This document shows, piece after piece, positions 22,011 to 32,227 of a stretch of 64,000 nucleotides of DNA. The first letter of the stretch is position 1. Every line of letters starts with the position of its first letter. A program made the position numbers and the translations under genes. This DNA is from Planctomycetota bacterium (GTDB taxonomy: Bacteria > Planctomycetota > GCA-002687715 > DRQF01), in contig JAZGFI010000288.1 of NCBI GenBank assembly GCA_036479435.1, positions 1-64,000 on the forward strand, given 5' to 3'. The notes beneath the pieces were generated by a model, which worked only from the letters and a program-made list of their open reading frames with translations, ran no database searches and had not been told where the DNA came from.

Positions 22011-22217
22011 GCTGCTAAACCTCTGCAAGGTAATTGCTTAGGCTAGCTCGGCCCGAATTCGTATCCCTTTTCCGCGGGCTCCCTGAAATCCCCTTTTTAA
22101 GGTGCGGTTCAGGCTAGACACGAGTCTGGCCGATGAAGACCGAGATGGTGAACCGCGCCTTTTCTGAGGTGTGGTCCAGTTATTGACCTAGGTAGAGCCG
22201 GGGCGGCAGGGACGAGG

Positions 22218-25200
22218 ATGAAGAACCAACTCATCGATAAATTCTCCAAAGTCGGGAGACTTGAAGTCCGGCTTAGGGAGATCGTCGCCCGAGCCGACGA
22301 CGGAGAAGTCACGTCGATGGATGCCGGCGACCTTATCGGTCGCCAAATCGTGGCCTTCATCGAAGCTCAGCCGGACGCCGACTCGGAACTCAAAAACCTT
22401 CATCTCGATGCGGAGCTTGCGCGCGGTGTTCTCTACCAGCGCAGCAACGGCGCGACACCTCTTGAAGCCGCCGAGTCGCTGACCGAAGCTCATCGCCTGA
22501 TGAAGATCCTCGGCAAAGACCAGGAGAACTTGGACCGCCTCATCGAGCCGACCTGGAAGAACTACGAGGACTTGGTGGAAATCGGTTCTCGGCGCACTTC
22601 TTGGTCAAGCCTACAAGTAATCTTTGATGTTCTCGAGGATAGCGAAGCCCACCGTTCGCTTCGCCCGAAAGTGGTTGAGGCCTTTGCAACCCTGGCCGCT
22701 GAATTTGATGAGGACTGTGAAATCGGTGGCGCCATTGCGCGCGTTCTCGAAATCTCCAAATGGGGCCGTGACGAGGCGCCCGAGGCTTTGGCCAAACTGC
22801 TGACCTTCATGCCAAGACTGCTCCAGATGGAGCTCGCCCATATTGACACCGACATTGCCTTGCAGGCCTTTCTTTACGGCTCGAAGAACGATGCGGAACT
22901 TGAAGTTGAGACCTACGAACATCTCGTTCGCCGTCTTATCGACGATGGTCGCCGCGACACCGAGGTGCGGATGGTCTATAAGGCCTTCTTAGAGCACCAC
23001 CCCGAGCGTCACACCAAGATCGACGCGGCCCTTAGACGTCTTGCTCACGTTCATCCCGACCCCACGTTCTCGCACGATCCCGACCTCGACGGCTTGAATC
23101 AGCTCTGTTGCGAAGTTTTTGGTGCCAACGCGATTTGGCCCTGGCGCAATCGCGCCCTCATGATGAGGCGCAAATCCGATCTTGTCGGCGCCGTGTCCTG
23201 TCTCGCCAAAGCCATGAACATCTCGGGTGAACCGCCGGATCTGATCGGCCTTTTGGCTCCGGTCTTGTATCGCATGGGGTTTCTAAGGTCGGCCAAGGAG
23301 TTCGCTCGATTCGCTCCCGCGGCGGAGCGCCAGCGTTTTCGCCTTCGCACGCTCGACTTGCTCGAGGCCGTGCCGCGAACTGACCGCGGGGCCGAGAAAC
23401 TCGTTGGTGTCTTGGAAATGGCCTTGGCCGAACCCGAACTGCCCCCGGAGTTTCGCCCCGGGCTAAGCCGCCGGATTGCAGAGCTCCAACTTGAACTCGG
23501 CAACACAGACCGCGCGCTGGCGCTCTTCACGCAGATTCTAGACGACGACCCCAGCGACGAAGTCGCCGCAGTCCGGCTCGCAGAAATTGAAGCCAGTCGA
23601 GGACGCACGGGAAAGGCCCGAACCCTGATCTCGGGCGATCTTTCGGCTCGCGTCACTCCCTGGGTCAAGTTCATCGAGAGCTTGATGGCAGAATTCGAAG
23701 AAGACCTAAGCCTCGCTCACCAGCGAGTCTGTGAGGCCATTGCGAGCCTCCCTGAAGCTCACGATGCGGGCCGTCTTCACTGCCAAAAAGCCTTTGCCAT
23801 CCTCGACAAGCGCATTCGCGACGATCACGGTGAGGCGGTCGCAAACGGTCCTTTGCTCTCGATGTTGCAAACGGATGTATTCGGCGCGGTTCACGAAGAC
23901 TTGGCGAGCTTGACGCCTCGGCTCGAGCAACGCCGCCTGGAACTAAGCCTTCGCGCTGGAGACTTATCACAGGCCGAAGAGGCCATCACGGCGATCTCGA
24001 GTCGCAATCCCGATCACGCCGATGTGTTGATCAACGGCTTGCGTTTGGGGCTTCGAGCCGAGAGCCAAAAGGACTCGACCTTCTTTCTTGATCAGCTCAC
24101 CGCCTTGGAGCTTGAACAGACCGCCGAAGTGGCCTTTCTTTTTGGTCTCCATTCAGCTCGTTGGGGCGAACCAGAATCCGCCCTTGAGCACTTCGAGCGT
24201 GCCGTTGAACTGGAGCACGGCGCCCCCGCGATCTTGGCACTGGCCACGATGAAAGCGGAAACCGGAGACGAGGCAGGGGCGCTCGAGTTGATAGAGGCCC
24301 CAAGGGATGATCAGCACGAGGGCAGTGAGACCCAGCTGCGGCGTTTGGCCCAGATTCGAGGTATTCTCCTCGAGCGCTCGGGCCGCATGACCGAAGCTCG
24401 CGTCGCTTACCAAGGCGCGTCTCGCTTGGGACAAGGTTGGCACGAAGCGCGTCGTCGGGCTGGATTGCTGAGTTTACAAGAGGGCCTCGCGAAATCAGAC
24501 GCGGTCTTAGTTCGGGACGCTGTTTCCTGCCTTGAGGGCTTTCGAGATCCCGAGTCCGTCATTGCCGAAACGCGGGCGCGAGCGGCGCTCGCTAAGACTC
24601 CTCGCGAGGCCGCGAGTTTGTTCGAGACCGCGATTAAGCGCGTGGATGCCCGGCATCGACTACTTTTCGAACGCCTGCGCTTACCTCACCTGCTCGAAGC
24701 AGGAGAGTTTGACACCGCTGAACAGATTGCATCCGATCTCCTCGACGACGTGGAGATGGAAGCATCAATACGCCAGGGTATTTCGGGCGTTCTGGCCTGG
24801 CTGCAACGGCGTCGCATTGTCGACTCCCTGACTTTTATCGATCCGGCTAAGACGGATGACATTGAAAAAGTCGCCGATGAACTCAGCGAAACCTCTCAGT
24901 ATGCGGAGGTCATTGGCCTGGACGCCGCCGTTGCGACTCTCCGGCTACTTGTCGACCCCAAGGCCAAAAAGCCCAAGATAGATGGAGCCAGCGCTCCAGA
25001 ACTCGTCTTGGCGGCAGCGTTCGCGGTCGGTCTCAGCGACTTGCCATCCCAAAGCTACGATGAACTCGACAAGTTGCGGGACGACTTAGAACGTCCGGAC
25101 CTTGCCGAACTCAGTCGTTATCGACTCGCCGTTGAAGGAGCTGAGTCCGAAGAGCTCGCGGTCGATCGCGCGGCAAAATCTGCCATGCGCTTGGGTGCCC

Positions 25201-27194
25201 AACTTCCATACTCGGAGAGTTCGATCAAGCGCCTCGCTGGGATTCGCGCCGTAGCCAGCGGCGATCGCGCAACTCTCGAAGAAGTGCTCGCCTCCGGAGT
25301 TGAAGGGCTCGACGATCTCATGATCTGTCTGGAGCTCTCTGAGCTTTGTGCCCGCGATGGCGGAGTCGACACCACTCGGCTAACCCGTGGCTTGGCGCGG
25401 CTCAGTAAGTCCACCGGCAATAAGGCCTTTAGTGACGCGCTGCAACGCGTTCAGAAACAACTTGCGACCATTCGAGAAACACCGTCGCCAGCCTGGGCTT
25501 CCTCGCGGCTACGCACCGCCGGTAAGCGCGCTCGCGTGTTTTTGCCCGCAGTTCTGAAATTCTGGGAATCCCAAGCTGATCATGCGGACGCGAGGCCTGA
25601 AGTCTTCCACCAGGTGGCTTTACTTCGGATCTCCGCGGCCCACGAAGCGGAAGCTGCCGGCTGCGAAGACGAGTCGGTTTGGTTCGAAGCCCACGATGCC
25701 TGGCGTTGTTTGATCGAATGCAAACCCTACTGGAAGGAACTGAAACAGCGACTGGGAGCACCGGCCGTTGAGGCCACCCGCGACAAGCTAGCGAAATGGC
25801 TCGTCTTCGCGCATCTCAAGCGAGCGCAGTTCTACCTCGACGCCAAGAAGTTGGCTCACGCCATGCGACATGCGAAATACGCGACGAGTTCGCCTCTCGC
25901 TGACATGGCGGGTCGGCCGGAACTCAATGAGCGCGTCTTCTCCCTGTTTGCTAGCGACTTCGAGCGACTTTTGCAACGCAAGCATTTCTCCGAAGCGCTA
26001 GAGTGCCTCGATCACGTCTTGCTCGCAGATGAAAAGAACACTCACGCCGAACGCGAGATGATACGGGTTGCGGCCGAGGGGCTGCGCCAGCCCTTTGGCA
26101 TGCTGGATGCCCTCCGGAATGAACCCGACGAGTTCACCTTGTCAGAGCTTGCACAGTTCATGCGTTCGCTCTTGGCCTACGCCGATCGCGGAGTCGATCG
26201 AACTGAACGACGCGAAAGCATCGATTCTCTGCTCGCTGAGGACCTTGCGATCTGTCTGCGGGGACAGGCCTTTCTGTTGTTTCACGACCAAAAGGACGCC
26301 GAAGGCGCAGCGAAGCTGGTCGATCGAGCGCTCGAGATTCTTCCCAAGTCGTCGCGAAGTGAAAAACCCTTGCGTGATCATCGGGCAAAACTAAGCGTCG
26401 CCATGGCGAGCGACGTGATGGCAAGTGCCTCGAACACTCAAAGTGGCCTCGAGGCCTACGGCAGAGCCCTGTCGGACATTGATTCAGTGCTGTCGGAAAG
26501 CGCCGGCAACCGGGACCTCATGCGCGAGAAAGCCCGGCTACTCTTGGCAAAGGGACTGCCGGATGAGGCTGAGGATTTGGCGCGCGAGCTTTACGAAAAC
26601 GCGCAGGAGTCCAAAGACGCGGATCGAGTTCGCGAGGCGATTGAGTTGGTACACGAAGTCCAGCAGGGCCGCGACGCCTCCCAGCTTCACGGCAAACTCG
26701 GCGCGGTGGAAATGCTCATTTCCGAGCGCAACTGGCGCACGGCGCTCCAGGTTTTCAAGGAGGCAGCGGTCGGTCACGAAAGCGACGGGCCCTTTGTCGT
26801 CAAACACATTCAGATCCTGCTCGGCCTCCACAAAGTGCGGAAAGTCGAGGAGGCGCTACCGGCTCTCGATGGATTTGTCGAACTGAAAGACGATGCGCGT
26901 CTGCTGACCGCTCAGCTTCAGTGTCTCAAGTACATGTCTTCGGTGGGTGGCGACATCTACTCGGCTTTCGAACTCTACGAGCGCCAGGACTACAAAAAAG
27001 CCATGAACCTGATGCTCGGCCTGGCGGCTGCGGACACGCAGGATCTTGGCGCTCAGTTCCTGACTGCGGTGTGCCAATATCACCTGAACGGCGAAGCCGA
27101 GAGCGAAGAAGTCTTTCGACGCGCTGACCAACAGGCGCGCGTGGTGGAGGCCTTTTGGGTCTGTGAGTTGCTCAAGGTGGAGAAGAGTCGATGA
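22218..27194 (+). CDS. Giant (1658 aa) all-helical TPR-containing protein
   Basis: Uninterrupted ORF, GAGG before ATG; TPR-like units (IAELQLELGNTDRALALFTQILDDDPSD, ALEHFERAVEL, ALECLDHVLLAD); no signal peptide or catalytic motif seen. Confidence 0.75.
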   Translation: MKNQLIDKFSKVGRLEVRLREIVARADDGEVTSMDAGDLIGRQIVAFIEAQPDADSELKNLHLDAELARGVLYQRSNGATPLEAAESLTEAHRLMKILGKDQENLDRLIEPTWKNYEDLVEIGSRRTSWSSLQVIFDVLEDSEAHRSLRPKVVEAFATLAAEFDEDCEIGGAIARVLEISKWGRDEAPEALAKLLTFMPRLLQMELAHIDTDIALQAFLYGSKNDAELEVETYEHLVRRLIDDGRRDTEVRMVYKAFLEHHPERHTKIDAALRRLAHVHPDPTFSHDPDLDGLNQLCCEVFGANAIWPWRNRALMMRRKSDLVGAVSCLAKAMNISGEPPDLIGLLAPVLYRMGFLRSAKEFARFAPAAERQRFRLRTLDLLEAVPRTDRGAEKLVGVLEMALAEPELPPEFRPGLSRRIAELQLELGNTDRALALFTQILDDDPSDEVAAVRLAEIEASRGRTGKARTLISGDLSARVTPWVKFIESLMAEFEEDLSLAHQRVCEAIASLPEAHDAGRLHCQKAFAILDKRIRDDHGEAVANGPLLSMLQTDVFGAVHEDLASLTPRLEQRRLELSLRAGDLSQAEEAITAISSRNPDHADVLINGLRLGLRAESQKDSTFFLDQLTALELEQTAEVAFLFGLHSARWGEPESALEHFERAVELEHGAPAILALATMKAETGDEAGALELIEAPRDDQHEGSETQLRRLAQIRGILLERSGRMTEARVAYQGASRLGQGWHEARRRAGLLSLQEGLAKSDAVLVRDAVSCLEGFRDPESVIAETRARAALAKTPREAASLFETAIKRVDARHRLLFERLRLPHLLEAGEFDTAEQIASDLLDDVEMEASIRQGISGVLAWLQRRRIVDSLTFIDPAKTDDIEKVADELSETSQYAEVIGLDAAVATLRLLVDPKAKKPKIDGASAPELVLAAAFAVGLSDLPSQSYDELDKLRDDLERPDLAELSRYRLAVEGAESEELAVDRAAKSAMRLGAQLPYSESSIKRLAGIRAVASGDRATLEEVLASGVEGLDDLMICLELSELCARDGGVDTTRLTRGLARLSKSTGNKAFSDALQRVQKQLATIRETPSPAWASSRLRTAGKRARVFLPAVLKFWESQADHADARPEVFHQVALLRISAAHEAEAAGCEDESVWFEAHDAWRCLIECKPYWKELKQRLGAPAVEATRDKLAKWLVFAHLKRAQFYLDAKKLAHAMRHAKYATSSPLADMAGRPELNERVFSLFASDFERLLQRKHFSEALECLDHVLLADEKNTHAEREMIRVAAEGLRQPFGMLDALRNEPDEFTLSELAQFMRSLLAYADRGVDRTERRESIDSLLAEDLAICLRGQAFLLFHDQKDAEGAAKLVDRALEILPKSSRSEKPLRDHRAKLSVAMASDVMASASNTQSGLEAYGRALSDIDSVLSESAGNRDLMREKARLLLAKGLPDEAEDLARELYENAQESKDADRVREAIELVHEVQQGRDASQLHGKLGAVEMLISERNWRTALQVFKEAAVGHESDGPFVVKHIQILLGLHKVRKVEEALPALDGFVELKDDARLLTAQLQCLKYMSSVGGDIYSAFELYERQDYKKAMNLMLGLAAADTQDLGAQFLTAVCQYHLNGEAESEEVFRRADQQARVVEAFWVCELLKVEKSR

Positions 27195-27691
27195 TTGACC
27201 CCAGTTCCGACGCGAAGCAGCTGCCTTTTTCCATCGACGGAATTCTGAACCCAGCGGCGAGATCTGCTTTGGCGATCTTGAGTACAGAGGCGGCGGAAGT
27301 CGACCACCGCGGTGCGGGGGCGGTGTTGGCCGATGCCCTTGAGCTGCACGATCGCGACGCGGAGCTGACGACCGTCTACGGCCGGCGAGTGGCCCGCGAA
27401 GAACTGAAGGACGCCGCCGCGGCGCTAGAAGATCCAGAACGACGCGTTCTCGCGGAACTCTTGGATTTTCCGAGCTACGACATTGAGTTGGATGACCTCA
27501 GCGATTTGGCGCAAGCTCTCGATGATCACGCCCAAAGCTTCACGACGACACCGGAACTTGAGAACTTGGATCTCATGGCTCGGCTCTTGGATGCTGTCGT
27601 GGGCGAGCCCGAGCTCCCCCAAGCACCCCCGCTCGATGTCGCGCCACCGGCACTGCCGGTTCTTAAAGACATCATAGACGGTCTCGCCTAG
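27191..27691 (+). CDS. Acidic hypothetical protein with a degenerate J-domain-like motif
   Basis: ATGA overlap with the giant TPR gene; AAAALEDPERRVLAELL resembles the L-DP--R end of J domains; Pro-rich tail. Confidence 0.55.
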   Translation: MIDPSSDAKQLPFSIDGILNPAARSALAILSTEAAEVDHRGAGAVLADALELHDRDAELTTVYGRRVAREELKDAAAALEDPERRVLAELLDFPSYDIELDDLSDLAQALDDHAQSFTTTPELENLDLMARLLDAVVGEPELPQAPPLDVAPPALPVLKDIIDGLA

Positions 27692-27704
27692 CCGAAGCTA
27701 GGAT

Positions 27705-27747
27705 CCGGCCCATTCGTCCACGCCAGGGCGGGTCGAGAATGGGCCGG
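27705..27747. terminator. Hairpin between convergent genes
   Basis: ccggcccattc (27705-27715) / gaatgggccgg (27737-27747), 11-bp stem; no clear U tract. Confidence 0.45.
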
Positions 27748-27762
27748 GCATGGAGCTCTTTG

Positions 27763-28197
27763 CTACTTTCTGAGCGCGTCGCGAATTTCCACCAAGAGTT
27801 CTTGGTCTTTGGTGGGCTTCGGCGCTTCGGCTGGTTTTTCCTCTTCCTTTTTCTTCATCGAGTTCATGACCTTGACCATCATGAAGATGGCGAAGGCGAC
27901 GATGAGGAAGGTAATGACCTCATTGATGAACATACCGTAGTTGAGGTCGACGGCGTCGATCTTCTTCACGGCTTCGATACCGTCGGCAGGTTCAACTCCG
28001 GCCACGCCCTCTTTGAGGGTCATCTTCATCTGCGTGAAGTCGATGTCGCCGATCAGTAGACCAATGGGGGGCATGATCACGTCTTTGACTAGCGAGGCGA
28101 CGATCTTCCCGAAGGCGCCGCCGATGATGATGCCGACGGCCATGTCGACGACGTTGCCTTTAAGGGCGAAGGCCTTGAATTCTTGTAGCATTCCCAT
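27763..28197 (-). CDS. mscL: Large-conductance mechanosensitive channel
   Basis: [46 protein letters not shown]. Confidence 0.98.
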   Translation of the reverse strand: MGMLQEFKAFALKGNVVDMAVGIIIGGAFGKIVASLVKDVIMPPIGLLIGDIDFTQMKMTLKEGVAGVEPADGIEAVKKIDAVDLNYGMFINEVITFLIVAFAIFMMVKVMNSMKKKEEEKPAEAPKPTKDQELLVEIRDALRK

Positions 28198-28404
28198 GGG
28201 TGGTCTCTTCCGTTGTTTGGATTGGCAAAGGTGTCAAAGAGCGTCTGCCCTCAGTCCGGCAAAATACCAGCGGCTCTGATCGGCGGCAAGCAGCCGCTCT
28301 CAATTGGGGGCCCAAATTCGCCATTGCGAAGTCGAATTGCCGGGCAGGAATCTTTTTCCGGCTTGGAAATCTAACCGCAAGACTCCAATTCGACGGAAAC
28401 TTGG

Positions 28405-29418
28405 CTATTCAGCCGTCCAGGTGTCGCCGCCATAAATCAGGTCTTTGAGTTTCCCCGGTCCGCTCTTTTTAGTCGCGACGGCGATCTGACCGTGAACCCC
28501 AGCCTCCAAAGACCGGGTGGGAACGTTGCGGAAGACACCGATGGGCGTGGGGATCTCGGGACTTGCCATCGCCGTCATGGCGAAGGTCAAAGAGGGATTG
28601 GTTTCGTCCCAAACCTGAACGCCGTTTTCGCCAACGTCGGCCAACTTGACCACGGCCGGTACGCCCTGGTTGATGACGATGCCGCGGTCGCGTTCTTTGC
28701 CGAAGATCATCTTTTCGCCGTGCTGAAGATCGATCAGGCGGTCTTCGCGCACATCGCGCGCGACGTCGCGCTCGAAGGCGCGATTGTTGAAGATATTGCA
28801 GTTTTGAAAAATCTCAACGAAGGCACCGCCCTCGTGAGCCGCGGCTTTGGCGAGGGTGTCTTGAAGATGCGGGCCCATGATGTCGACCGAGCGCGCGATG
28901 AAAGTAGCGCCTGCGCCAAGCACGAGTTGAATGGGATCGAAGGGAGTGTCCAAAGATCCCATGGGTGTCGATTTCGTGACTTTGCCCACTTCACTCGTCG
29001 GTGAGTACTGCCCCTTAGTCAATCCATAAATCCGGTTGTTGAACATCATGATCTTGATGCCGATGCGTCGCCGGAGCGCGTGGATCAAGTGGTTGCCGCC
29101 GATCGACATGGCGTCGCCATCGCCGGTCACCACCCAAACGTCTAGATCTGGGTTCGCGAGCTTCGTACCCGTGGCAATGGCCGGGGCGCGCCCGTGGATG
29201 GTGTGGAAGCCGTAGGTGTTCATGTAGTAGGGGAAACGGCTCGAACAACCGATGCCCGAAATGAAGACGATGTCCTCGCGTTTTTTTCCGAGGGCGGCGA
29301 CGACCGACTGCACCGCATTCAAGACTGCGTAGTCGCCGCAACCCGGGCACCAGCGCACGTCTTGGTCGGTTTTGAAGTCTTTCTTCGTCAGGCTGGACTC
29401 GCTGAGGCTGGTATTCAT
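28405..29418 (-). CDS. korB: 2-oxoacid:ferredoxin oxidoreductase beta subunit
   Basis: WCPGCGD, SGIGCSSRFPYY, HTIHGRA, GDGD, NNRIYGLTKGQYSPT. Confidence 0.93.
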   Translation of the reverse strand: MNTSLSESSLTKKDFKTDQDVRWCPGCGDYAVLNAVQSVVAALGKKREDIVFISGIGCSSRFPYYMNTYGFHTIHGRAPAIATGTKLANPDLDVWVVTGDGDAMSIGGNHLIHALRRRIGIKIMMFNNRIYGLTKGQYSPTSEVGKVTKSTPMGSLDTPFDPIQLVLGAGATFIARSVDIMGPHLQDTLAKAAAHEGGAFVEIFQNCNIFNNRAFERDVARDVREDRLIDLQHGEKMIFGKERDRGIVINQGVPAVVKLADVGENGVQVWDETNPSLTFAMTAMASPEIPTPIGVFRNVPTRSLEAGVHGQIAVATKKSGPGKLKDLIYGGDTWTAE

Positions 29419-29422
29419 CGTG

Positions 29423-31294
29423 TTACTCCCCGTCCAAGAGTTGTTGGACGGCGTCGAGGATTTCCTCGGTCTTGAAGGGAAGCCCCTGGACCTTGGTCAT
29501 GGACTTGATCTCGATCCCTAGTTTGCCTTGCAACAAAAACGCGAGTTGGCCGGTGTTCATCTCTGGAACCAATACGTGGTCAAAGCGCTCAAGCGCGTCT
29601 TTCATTCCCAGCGGGAGTGGATTCAAGTGACGCAAATGCGCTCGGGCCACGCGTTCGCCCCGCCCCTGCAGGCGTTCGACAGCGCCGGTTATCGCGCCGG
29701 TGGTCGATCCCCAGCCCAGCACCAACACGCGGCCTTCTTCGGGGCCGTGTACGGAAAAGGGCGGGATCGCATGAGCGATTCCGGCGATCTTCGCGTGTCT
29801 AAGGTCGGTCATGCGCTGGTGATTGTCGGCGTCGTAGTTGATGTTTCCGTTGCCGTCTTTCTTCTCGAGGCCGCCGATGCGGTGCTCAAGACCCTTCGTT
29901 CCCGGTAGAGCCCAGGGGCGAGCGAGAGTCGTCTCGTCGCGTTTGAAGGGTTCAAAACCCTCTGCGTCTTCCGGAGCGGGGTGGCGAACTTCGATGGGGG
30001 CCAAGTCTTCGATGTTCGGTAAGCGCCAAGGCTCGGCACCGTTCGCCAAGTAGCCGTCGGACAAAAGCACCACCGGCGTCATGTAGGTGACCGCGAGTCG
30101 GACGGCTTCCAGCGCCGCGTCGAAGCAGTCGGCCGCCGTCAGAGAGGCCACGACGGGAATAGGGCTATCGCCATTGCGGCCAAAAAGGGCTTGCAGCAGG
30201 TCGGACTGCTCAGTCTTAGTCGGCAATCCCGTCGAAGGTCCGCCGCGCTGTACATCGACCACAACCAGCGGTAGCTCCGTCATGACGGCGAGGTTGAGGG
30301 CTTCAGATTTCAGTGCGAATCCAGGCCCACTCGTGGTGGTGACACCAAGTGAGCCCGCGAAGGAGGCTCCAATCGCCGAGCATATTGCGGCGATTTCGTC
30401 TTCCGCTTGGAAGGTCACGACCCCGAAGTTTTTGTAGTTTGCGACTTGGTGCAAGATGTCGCTCGCGGGCGTGATGGGATAGGAACCCAGAAAAAGCGTC
30501 TTACCGCAGAGCTGACTCCCCGCGACCAAGCCGATCGACAGCGCCTCATTGCCTTGGATGTTGCGATAGACACCGGGCTCAAGTTTAGCCTTGGGAACTT
30601 CGTAGCTCGTTTGAAATTCGCCGGTGATATCGGCGTAGTTGTGGCCGGCCCGAAGAGCGCGGATGTTGCCGTCCGCGATTTCTGGCTTGCCCTTTTTCTT
30701 GCCGAAAGTCTCGTTGAGCCAAGCCTCGGTGTTGTCGAGGGGGCGATTGTAGAGCCAGTAGACCATCCCCAGCGCAAAGAAGTTCTTGCAGCGCTGGACG
30801 GTCTTCCCGTCGAGGCCGCTGTCCTTCAAGGTCTCTTTGATCAGGGTCGAAAGCGCCACCTTGACGACACGAAAAGCCGCGAGGCTGTCGTCCTCCAGCG
30901 GATTCGTTTCGCATTTGGCTTTTTGAAGGTCGAGTTTACCGAAGGAATCGGTGTTGACGATGATCGTCGTCCCGGGCTTCATGTCCGGCAAGTTGACCTT
31001 GAGGGCGGCGGGGTTCATCGCGACCAAGACGTCGGGACAATCGCCGGGCGTGTGGATGTTGTAGCTCGAAAAGCGAACCTGAAAGCCCGACACGCCGGGA
31101 AGCGTACCCGCAGGAGCCCGGATCTCGGCCGGGTAGTCGGGAAAGGTCGCGAGGTCGTTGCCGAGTATCGCTGAGGTATTGGTGAACTGCATGCCAGTGA
31201 TCTGCATGCCGTCGCCAGAATCGCCGGCAAAGCGGATGGTCGCTTGATCGAGACGTTCGACTGATTTCTCCGCCCCGTTGCTGTCGCTGGGCAT
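29423..31294 (-). CDS. korA: 2-oxoacid:ferredoxin oxidoreductase alpha (gamma-alpha fused) subunit
   Basis: FAGDSGDGMQ, YPAEIRAPAG, SYPITPAS, QAEDEIA, TSGPG, QRGGPSTGLPTK. Confidence 0.93.
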   Translation of the reverse strand: MPSDSNGAEKSVERLDQATIRFAGDSGDGMQITGMQFTNTSAILGNDLATFPDYPAEIRAPAGTLPGVSGFQVRFSSYNIHTPGDCPDVLVAMNPAALKVNLPDMKPGTTIIVNTDSFGKLDLQKAKCETNPLEDDSLAAFRVVKVALSTLIKETLKDSGLDGKTVQRCKNFFALGMVYWLYNRPLDNTEAWLNETFGKKKGKPEIADGNIRALRAGHNYADITGEFQTSYEVPKAKLEPGVYRNIQGNEALSIGLVAGSQLCGKTLFLGSYPITPASDILHQVANYKNFGVVTFQAEDEIAAICSAIGASFAGSLGVTTTSGPGFALKSEALNLAVMTELPLVVVDVQRGGPSTGLPTKTEQSDLLQALFGRNGDSPIPVVASLTAADCFDAALEAVRLAVTYMTPVVLLSDGYLANGAEPWRLPNIEDLAPIEVRHPAPEDAEGFEPFKRDETTLARPWALPGTKGLEHRIGGLEKKDGNGNINYDADNHQRMTDLRHAKIAGIAHAIPPFSVHGPEEGRVLVLGWGSTTGAITGAVERLQGRGERVARAHLRHLNPLPLGMKDALERFDHVLVPEMNTGQLAFLLQGKLGIEIKSMTKVQGLPFKTEEILDAVQQLLDGE

Positions 31295-31726
31295 GGTTCC
31301 TCGTTGCGCAGATCGGATTAGACCAGCAGAGCGGTCTGTTACGTCTCCACGCCTTTCGTTGAATTCAAGGCTGTGTTCCCCATCGAGGCCCGATCGGGAC
31401 GCGATTATAAGTCTCCCTCTTTATTGAACCAATGTTCAAAAACCCGGGGCCAGCTCGCGTTTGCCGCTCGAATTGAAGAGCATAAGCAGCTCTCGTATTT
31501 AGGGTTACAGCCGCCTCCCCCAGTGGAACTCCGAAGCCGCCAATCTCGGTCCCGGCCTTAGGTGAAACCCCGATTCACTTTTGGGCCCAGCTGAACCATG
31601 TATTTGCAAAAGATATAAAAGGTATAGGTTGTGATTTGCCGATGACTGCAAAGCGCGAAGGCTTCAGGGAAGTTCCCCGGTCTCCGTCGACACGAGACAC
31701 TTTTTTCTAATTTTACGGAGACCACC

Positions 31727-32212
31727 ATGAAGCGACTGCTCGCTCTGCTTTTTGTCTTCGGCGTTACTTGGGCTCTGCCTGCCGCGGATGAGTCCGCTGA
31801 GGCTGCCGTCATTGCGATGACCTTGGACGATCTCGCCCAAGGAGCCGACGCCATTTTCGCCGGACAGATTATCTCGAAGTCCTCAAGCTGGACTGAGAAC
31901 GGCGCCATGATCAACACCGAGTTCACCGTTCAGGTAACCAGCACCCTCAAAGGGCAGCTGCCGCAGCAAGTGACCGTGAAGGTTCCGGGCGGCGACCTCG
32001 ACGGCATCAAGATTCGCAACGCGGAAGCGCCCACTTTTGAACTCGGCGAAAGCGTTTACGTGTTCGGCCAGCACGACACCGCTACGGACCAATACAAGAC
32101 CTACGGTTGGTTCCAAGGCAAGTACACCGTGCTGAACGGCATGGTGCGTGAACTCAACGGCGTGAGCGTCGATGAATTTCACACCCAAATCCTCAACGCC
32201 GTGAATAACTAG
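31727..32212 (+). CDS. Secreted small beta-domain protein (TIMP/NTR-like), partner of the downstream metalloprotease
   Basis: Signal peptide; LDDLAQGADAIFAGQI...VKVPGG...APTFELGESVYVF...GWFQGKY; 15 nt upstream of the matrixin. Confidence 0.65.
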   Translation: MKRLLALLFVFGVTWALPAADESAEAAVIAMTLDDLAQGADAIFAGQIISKSSSWTENGAMINTEFTVQVTSTLKGQLPQQVTVKVPGGDLDGIKIRNAEAPTFELGESVYVFGQHDTATDQYKTYGWFQGKYTVLNGMVRELNGVSVDEFHTQILNAVNN

Positions 32213-32227
32213 GAAGGGGACAGAAAC

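Noticed and set aside
28331..28394. 9-bp inverted repeat gtcgaattg/caattcgac between korB and mscL
   Set aside because: Short arms, 46-nt spacer, no U tract; may be chance
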